Below are positions 56,009-64,000 of a stretch of DNA of 64,000 nucleotides, piece by piece. The stretch's first letter is position 1, and each line of letters begins with the position of its first letter. Source of the DNA: Chrysomallon squamiferum (taxonomy: Eukaryota > Animalia > Mollusca); the NCBI GenBank assembly GCA_012295275.1, contig CM022668.1, forward strand, positions 13,702,001 through 13,766,000, written 5' to 3'. Below the pieces are notes generated by a model. That model was not told where the DNA came from. It was given only the letters and a program-made list of their open reading frames with translations, and did not search any database. The translations under genes were made by a program, and so were the position numbers.

Positions 56009-56699
56009 GCCCTAATGAATCATGGACGCCGCTGGTAACACAGACGTCTTATTATTGTCATTTATTTATTTTTAATAGAGCAGTTTATGTTTGTTCTGGT
56101 ACTTACGATGGTGCAGACAGTGTTAACGCCATTTCTGTATGGTACAGACTACGTGCGTTTGAAGGAAGCATAGAGCCGTACCCAGACATTTAATAATAAT
56201 TATATTAAAAAAAAAAGAACATTACTTAAATGTACAGGGAACAAACAAGGAACTGAGTGCCTTGCTGTAATTTCTGATGCAATCTTTTTAAGGAGAGATA
56301 GGTTTACGGCACGGGAGGTCAAAGGGTTACTGTTTATTTAATAATCAAGAACTCTAAGGTAAAATATACTGATGAAAGAATATATTATGGTGGCTTTTGT
56401 GTGGGGGCGGGTGTTGTTCGTGCGAGCATGTGTTGGTAACAGAAGTAGTTGCAGTAGCATATATTATCAATATAACATATCAATATATGCATTGACACTG
56501 TCCAAGCATAACATAAATTAATGTTTGCAAAAAAATGTTTTTCAAATTTTTTGGAATTATTATCTTTTAACATCGCAAGTTCTGTAGGTAAAACGTATCT
56601 AAACTGCTAATCCACAAAGGAACAAGGAACTGATGCTAAAATATAAAAGATTAAAGAAAAATCTGTTAACGTTTGTTCTAGACAAATAAAAAAATAAAT

Positions 56700-57300
56700 C
56701 CTATAAAGTTACTATTCAGTTCAATAGTTCTATGTTTTCTTTAATACAAAATATTCTTACATTATTTCGCTCTGTTAATTTCTTCTAATTTTCTCTTTTT
56801 TTTTTTTTTTTTTTCATTTCCAACATCCTAATTTTGTTTCTCCTTTTCCGTTTCTTTCTTTTTTTCTGCAAAATTCTTCCCTAAACTTGTCTTGTATTCT
56901 TTGCATTTCTCGTTCTTCGTCTTTCAGGACTTTTTGGTTCAAGGTTTCCTGTTAAAATATTCTGATTTTCTCTTTCAAGATCTCCTCTTGGCATTTTCTC
57001 ATTTCTTTTCCTTTCTACTTCAGTTTTTTCTGTACGCGTTATTTGGTTTCGTTTATACTATGTTTTTCTATATCGTGTCGATCAGGTGAAGAACCTTTTA
57101 TTTTTTTTCCTTCCTTTTCTTATCTTTCTCGCGACTGTTGGATCCAACATATCTTCGTCCACATGCATTAATTAATTTCTTTTTATATTTCCTTCTGCCG
57201 TAGACGAAAAAAAAAGTTCCGTCTTCATCAAGATCATCTAAAGCGCTGACCAGCAAGAACACGCAATTAATCAATGATTTTCCAAATACCAGCTCAACTA
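56700..57300 (-). pseudogene. GIMAP: Degraded GIMAP fragment (G4/RYVG region to coiled coil)
   Basis: Nucleotide similarity to copy B, e.g. tcgcgactgttggatccaacatatcttcgtccacatgcatt (NACGRRYVGSN). The G1-G3 part is missing and the fragment runs directly into a minisatellite. Confidence 0.75.
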
Positions 57301-57985
57301 TTACTAGTCTCTGCGGCTACTATTACTACTCTCTGAAGCTACTATTACTACTCTCTGCGGCTACTATTACTATTCTCTGAAGCTACTATTACTACTCTCT
57401 GAAGCTACTATTACTACTCTCTGAAGCTACTATTACTACTCTCTGCGGCTACTATTACTACTCTCTACAGCTACTATTACTATTCTCTGAAGCCTACTAT
57501 TACTACTCTCTGCTGCTACTATTACTACTCTTTGCAACTACTATTACTACTCTCTGCGGCTACTATTACTACTCTCTGAAGCTACTATTACTACTCTCTC
57601 TCTCTACAGCTACTATTACTACTCTCTACAACTACTATTACTACTCTCTACAGCTACTATTACTACTCTAGACAGCTACTATTACTATTCTCTACAGCTA
57701 CTATTACTACTCTTTGCAACTACTATTACTACTCTCTACAGCTACTATTACTACTCTAGACAGCTACTATTACTATTCTCTACAGCTACTATTACTACTC
57801 TTTGCAACTACTATTACTACTCTCTACAGCTACTATTACTACTCTAGACAGCTACTATTACTATTCTCTGCTGCTACTATTACTACTCTCTGAAGCCTAC
57901 TATTACTACTCTCTGCGGCTACTATTACTACTCTCTACAGCTATTATTACTACTCTTTGCAACTACTATTACTACTAGTACTACT
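57300..57985. repeat. 22-bp minisatellite (gctactattactactctctgaa)n
   Basis: About 30 tandem units. Confidence 0.9.
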
Positions 57986-58269
57986 CTTGAACTTTTGACG
58001 ACATACTGTCACGGAGGGTTACCTCCTAATCTTAATTTTTGTGCTGGTTAAAACTGTCAAAAATGAAACGCCAAAACCTCCCCCCAAAAAAAAAAAAACC
58101 AAAAAAGCACGTATACTGTAATATTGTAATTAAATTTTCATTTTCGGTTCATATGTTCATTTGATCTTTCTTTTAAAAAAGTCTCAGTCTAACGCGCCGG
58201 AACATGCAAAGCCATTATAGAAAGTGCAGCAAATGTCTATGCATATATGTTTGAAAATGAACATATGGT

Positions 58270-59524
58270 TGAAAATCATTAATGGAAGAAAAAATCGGGG
58301 GCAGTTGTCCAGAGGGAAATTTTCCTCGAGGTAAGTTATCCAGGGGGCAGTTCTCCGGTGGCAGACGTCCAAGAATCCTTTCCAACATGCTAATTAAACA
58401 TTGTCTGAAAAGATTACATTATTTTATTTGTTACTACGTTAATTACTTGATTTGTCATTTTAATGCAATAAATTGTACGAAAGGAGGGCGTGAAATTCGC
58501 AGAGAGGTAGGGGGGTCGGAGGATTTCGAGGAGCCCAAAAAAGCTCGAAGTCTAAGGGCACACTATCTTGGGTTAATACAGCACAGCATTTTGCCAAACC
58601 CTTATTTCATGGAACAACGAGTACCGAGCTCTGTTTGGCGTCAAGAGGTTATCAGTCCTTACTGAACTCAGTTTTGGGATTTTATTGACTTGGGGAAAAG
58701 CAAAATATGATCAATTAAACTGCAATAAATAAATTAATTACTTAAAAATTAATTTAGCATTAAGAAAATACATGTAGATCATAAACAGGGCTTTGGTGGA
58801 GTTTGTTTTCTTCTTTCTTAATTTTGAAACTTCGTTTTGTTTAAAGCAAGCTGATAATGAAACATTTCTTGTCAATTTAAGTAAGTCTAACATATGATCA
58901 ATCAATGACTTTATCGGAGATAATTTCATTACGAAATGTATATGCACACAGATGATTTCAGACAGAGAAATAGACAGACATACTCACAGACAGAATAATC
59001 CATTTAAGAAGAAATTACCTCTTTAAAAGAAAAAAGTCAATAACTGAGTTAGCTTTACTTTTTCTTAATTATTTTTAAAATTTTATACTTGGGGTGTCAC
59101 TAAAGGCAGTTCTCGAAGTTCTCGAAGATACATATTTTTCTTCAGAAACAAAAGTGTCTTTCCAAACCTTTTATAAAGCAACAATAAATAAACTACACAC
59201 ACAGAATAGTATATTAGATAAACAGAGCTTTGCATGTTGACACCTTATCAAATTTTACATATCAGTGCATTTGTAAAGAATTAAACAACATGTTAATTCC
59301 ACTTATTTACGGTGTATTGTCACTGACGTTTCATATAACAAACAGACACAAAGACGAGTTTGTTCTGTTACTTCTTCGAGATAATCATATTTCATAATCT
59401 TTGGACCTAATTTTCAGCCATTTGCATGATGATTGTTTTAGTTACATAATTTTATTTATTTAATGTATTTTATTGTATATTATTTTTGTTTGTTTGTTTA
59501 TTTATTTATTTATTTATTTATTTT

Positions 59525-59567
<43 letters not shown>

Positions 59568-59909
59568 TTTTTTTATTTTATTTTATTTTATTTTATTTTT
59601 TTTGTTTTGCGTTAGGATGTAAAAGTTTAATAAAAATCATGCAGTTATTTTGCCTTTCCAAATAAATATTCAGAATTACACACGTTCTAACACGTAACTA
59701 AATTACTAGTAAATTTCAGAAAAATGCAGCTTTAATTTCTTTCCAACTGAATAGCTGATGTATTTTTCAAACAGAGGACATTTCTTTTCTATGTAACGAA
59801 AATATGATTGATTTTTTTTGAAAGAAAGGGCGTTTATTTCTATATATTTAAACTAAGATTTCTTTCATTTATGCGCAGTGTTATGTGTATGAATGTATGT
59901 TCGAATGCT

Positions 59910-59945
<36 letters not shown>

Positions 59946-61730
59946 TGGTTGAAGAAACATAATTATAGATCAAAGGTTGATTATAACATAAAACGTTCGG
60001 TCCGTTTTATCATAGAACAGCAAAACGAAATTAACAGACTAATTGGATTACGTCCAAAACAAAGTGTGGGCTCCAGAAGCAAAAAAATATTTAAAAATAG
60101 TTAATAAAACAGTTGGAATTTTGACGTTGGACGCGTGCATAGTGTTAACATTTAACATTAAGAGAAAAAAGAAATCGCAAGGTTCCCTGCCGTTTGTTCG
60201 ACCTAGTCAACCTTAGAGATAATGTGGGGCTGGTAATATAGCTTTAATGCTGAAGGAAAATATATTTCTCCCAAAATAGCAATTTACGCTCTATGCAGTT
60301 TCTACACCGGTTAACCCCAGACAGTGGGTTTGGACGTAATCCAGTTAGTATGTTAAATCTGCTTTTGTTTTTTTATGATAACACAGACCGAACGCTTTAT
60401 GTTATATCAACCTTTGATCTATAAAATTATATTTCTTCAGCCATGCAGACACACACACGCACAATAACATTCGAACTAATCTGCTAAACGTTATGTCAGA
60501 CATTTGTGAAATATGATTATCAACATGAACGAGGAAGTAAGAGAACAAACTCGCCTTTGTGTTTGACTGTTATGTAACACCTCAATGACAATACACCGTG
60601 TATAAGTTGAACTACCTGCTAGAAGTTAGGTCAAAGATTTGTGAAATATGATTTATCGACATGAACGTGTCACCTCGAAGAACTAACAGAACAAACTCGT
60701 CTTTGTATCTGTTTGTTATATGAGACGTCAGTGACAGTACACCGTAAATAAGTGGAATTAACATGTTGTTTAATTCTTTACAAATGCACTGATGTGTGAA
60801 ATTTGATAAGGTGTCAACATGCAAAGCTCTGTTTATCTAATATATTAATCTGTGTATGTAGCTTACTCGTTGTTGCGTTATAAAAGGTTTGGAAAGACAC
60901 TTTTGTTTCTGAAGAAAAATATGTATCTTCGAGAACTGCCTTTTAGTGACACCCCAAATATAAAATTTTAAAAATAATTAAGGAAAAGAACAGCTATCTG
61001 ATTTATTGATTTTTTTTTCTTCTTAAATGGATTATTTTGTCTGTGAGTCTATCTGTCTATTTCTCTGTCTGAAAACATCTATATGCATATACATTTTGTA
61101 ATGAAAGTATCTCCGATTAAGTCATTTATATTGATCCATCATATACTAGACTCACTTTCATTATGAGCTTTCAATTAAATAAAAAAAACAAGTTTCAAAA
61201 TTAAGAAAGAAGAAAACAAACTCCACTAAAGCCCTGTTTATGATCTACAAATATTTTCTTAATGCTAAATTACTTTTTAAGTAATTAATTTATTTATTGC
61301 AATTTAATTAATCTTAAAAGGCCTTATCCGAAACCATATTTTGCTTTTCCCCAAGTTAATAAAATCCCAAAACTGAGTTCAGTAAGGACTGATAGCCTCT
61401 TGATGCTAAATAGAGCTCAATACTCATTGTTCCATGAAATAAGGGTTTGGCAAAATGCTGTGTTGTATTAATCCAAGATAGTGTGCCCTTAGACTTCGAG
61501 CTTTTTGGGGCTCCTTGACATCCTCCAACCCTCCCTCCCTCCCCGCGAATTTCACGCCCTCCTTTCGTACAATTTATTGCAATAAAATTACAAATGAAGT
61601 AATTAATGGAGTAACAAATAAAATAATGTAATCTTTTCAGACAATGTTTAATTAGCATGTTGGAAAGGATTCTAGGACAATTTCCCTCTGGACAACTGCC
61701 CCCGATTTTTTCTTCCAATAATGATTTTAA
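58270..61730. repeat. Inverted duplication, arms ~58270-59400 and ~60650-61730, with an inner pair ~59890-60060 / 60330-60480
   Basis: ORF-track peptides 58282(+) and 61356(-) are closely similar; long reverse-complement matches. Confidence 0.88.
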
Positions 61731-62620
61731 AGGACATATATACATTGCAAGGACAATTTTTTTAATACTTCAAAAAAAAAAATAATAATAATAATAGACC
61801 ACATATAAAATGAAATTCAGAGTAGTCTGTCGATAGTTCTCTAGTAAAGCTTTGTACAACAACAGTTCTTTCACAAGTACAGGTTGAGCTATAACCATGT
61901 ATACTAAGGCATTACTTACAAGAAGAGTTCATTGACACTTTTCAGTTTTCGCACTTTTATGTTGTGTGCTGTTCCACGCAATTAGTCCAGGACGTGTCGC
62001 TTTTCACGCTGTCTGACCAGTCTCAACAAACACAATGAAACTTCTTGGTATTTTGAATGAAGTGGTTGAGTTGCTTCCTCGCTTTTTAAAAAGTCTACAA
62101 ACCTCCAGGAATTAAGAAGCTATTCGCCAATGTTTGACTGGAAGCGACGGTGCCACCCTTCCACGAAGTTGTTAGTCCGCGGCAAACTCTTTTCCACTCG
62201 CTGATGAAGTTGTCCTCAAAGTACTCCAGTATTAGTAACACATAATCAGTCATCATCAGCTTCCGATAGTGCTTCAGGAGCTGCCGTGACTTCATCCATT
62301 GAAGTGAATGCAATTGCAGCTATCTGACGGATCAGTAAAGCAAACTCTTCATCGATATTTTAATGAACTGCCAGACAAATGAGTTGACCTTGGCGCCAGA
62401 TGCTTTGGTTCAAATGAAAGAAGCATCCAGTCACAGTACAGTTTAACTTCTTCTTCAAACTCGTAAGAAATCACTCCACCATTGAGTCCGTTCTGAAGGA
62501 CATACGCATAGTTTTCGAAGGCAAGTCTTGGATGATCATGCTTTGACGCATTGAATATCTTTGCTTGAACTTTGAACCTTGTCCGTCGCTATTTTCGCTA
62601 TAAGGCATGACCTTATATAT
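61668..62620 (-). mobile_element. Decayed, internally deleted Mutator-like (MULE) transposon
   Basis: Minus-strand fragments GCFFHLNQSIWR, LEYFEDNFI, LPRTNNFVEGWHRRFQ and LD*LRGTAHNI are typical of metazoan MULE transposases. A likely terminus ggattctaggacaatttccc lies at ~61668. Confidence 0.8.
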
Positions 62621-62829
62621 TGTTTAATTCATCTCAGTTATAGATCACTTGCTAAACCAAAGGAATCTTTGACATTTAATGAGCCTGAATTAGTAATATT
62701 GTTTAGCAGATCAAAATAATCCAAATGCCTTTAATCAAATTGTATGTAACACTTTGACTGATTTATTGGAATGTTGCTTGAAAAATCATTCTGAATGGTT
62801 TATTGGATGAAAAATACGGTATTAAAACA

Positions 62830-63520
62830 AGGTGTGGCCCTTACACTTCGAGCTTTTTGGGGTCCCTCAACCTCCACTATCGCTCCTGCCCGCCTATTTC
62901 AAGCTCTCCTTTCGTACAATATATTGCAATACTATTAAAAATTAATTACTCAATGGAGCAACAAAGAAAATAATATCAAAATACCGGTGCTATACTATAA
63001 AGTTAAACACATTTATGTCTACATAGGTATCTAGGTACTTAAGCATTTTTTTCCCTTAATGTTTCAACAAGCTGATCCAAAATATTATTAAAATTTGATT
63101 TCAGGAGCACAGACGATTTTACATCTATTAATGCCAAATTACAGAGCTTTTCATCTTCCATAGTGATTCATGAATAATTCGTAATACGTTTAAGAACAGA
63201 AAAACACCTCTCTTCAGAACAGTTTGTATCGAGAAGTGACAAGTAAATAAGTAAACAAATGTATGTTTGGAAAAATTTCCTACATTCCAGTTTTGATAAT
63301 TATGACCAGCTGAAAAACAAGACTGGGAGGTCACCCCCAGCCGTTCGGCCCATCCCTGACCGTGCGTCAAAATTTCACATTTATTTTTTTATATAGTTTA
63401 GCCCACCATTAGAGTCTCTCGTATCAAAGAGGTTTCCTATAAATTAATTTCGGTGACGCGCATGAAGCGTTTGACGCGTTCACAGTACTAACATATAACA
63501 CTGAAAGAAGAAGGAAAAGA
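62830..63520 (-). mobile_element. hAT 3'-end remnant
   Basis: The minus strand encodes YLSLLDTNCSEERCFSVLKRITNY..TMEDEKLCNLALI, followed by the GC-rich subterminal block. Confidence 0.78.
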
Positions 63521-64000
63521 AAGATTGCATGCATCCCTGCTTTTGATGGACCACTAGATTTCAGCCTAGTCAGCCTTAGACACAATGCAGCGCTGGGAAG
63601 ACACCTTTGATCCTGAAGAAACTGTATTTATTCTCCGAAAATAGCAATTTACCATCGACATTGTTTTCCATACCGGTTAATTTCTTTATTAACTTTTTTT
63701 TTTTTTTAACTTTTTTACTTTTTTACGATTCTCTTGTTTTCGACCTAATGTAAAAAGTATGTTAATTTCCATTTGCTGTTGTTAGTGACTGAACGCTCTC
63801 TGTTTAAAAAATACATGAGTAATTTTGTTATTTGAAAACTGAAACGTGTGTACAATTCTGAAGAATATGTTTGAAGTAGAAGATTTTTAGATATCACTGC
63901 ATTTTTTTGTATTTGAACACATTTTTTTTTTTACTTGAAATTGTCTTATTGAACTATTAAACATACCAACACACATACACACACATACAATAATAATAAA

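Noticed and set aside
58282-58665. Paired ORFs 58282(+)/61356(-) and 30190(+)/32032(-) as a novel gene family
   Set aside because: Their similarity comes from inverted duplication of TE-derived DNA; the frames are not conserved end to end.

Overview
Eukaryotic, very AT-rich, microsatellite-dense animal genomic DNA. A mollusc, possibly an octopod cephalopod, is my inference from composition and gene content only. The window has two components. (1) A birth-and-death cluster of GIMAP/AIG1-family GTPase genes: two intact minus-strand GTPase+coiled-coil terminal exons (11013-12376, 16251-17494), a frameshifted and truncated copy (22744-23617), an inverted pseudogene (34947-37460) and fragments at ~6.2-6.6 kb and ~56.7-57.3 kb. 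These sit in a matrix of decayed hAT, Tc1 and MULE transposon pieces arranged as several inverted duplications. (2) A complete 15-exon chitin synthase gene on the minus strand (54908->40822, ~1733 aa, all splice phases consistent, no myosin motor domain), with a plausible TATA/Inr/CCAAT/TGACGTGG promoter, Tigger-type elements in two introns and a 30-bp minisatellite just past the stop. The most interesting hypothesis: every GIMAP acceptor is phase 1 and only one set of small upstream exons precedes two intact GTPase exons, suggesting a shared 5' end with alternative terminal GTPase exons, one of which has a degenerate P-loop (GKS->GKG). All alignments and translations were done by eye, and repeat boundaries are approximate.
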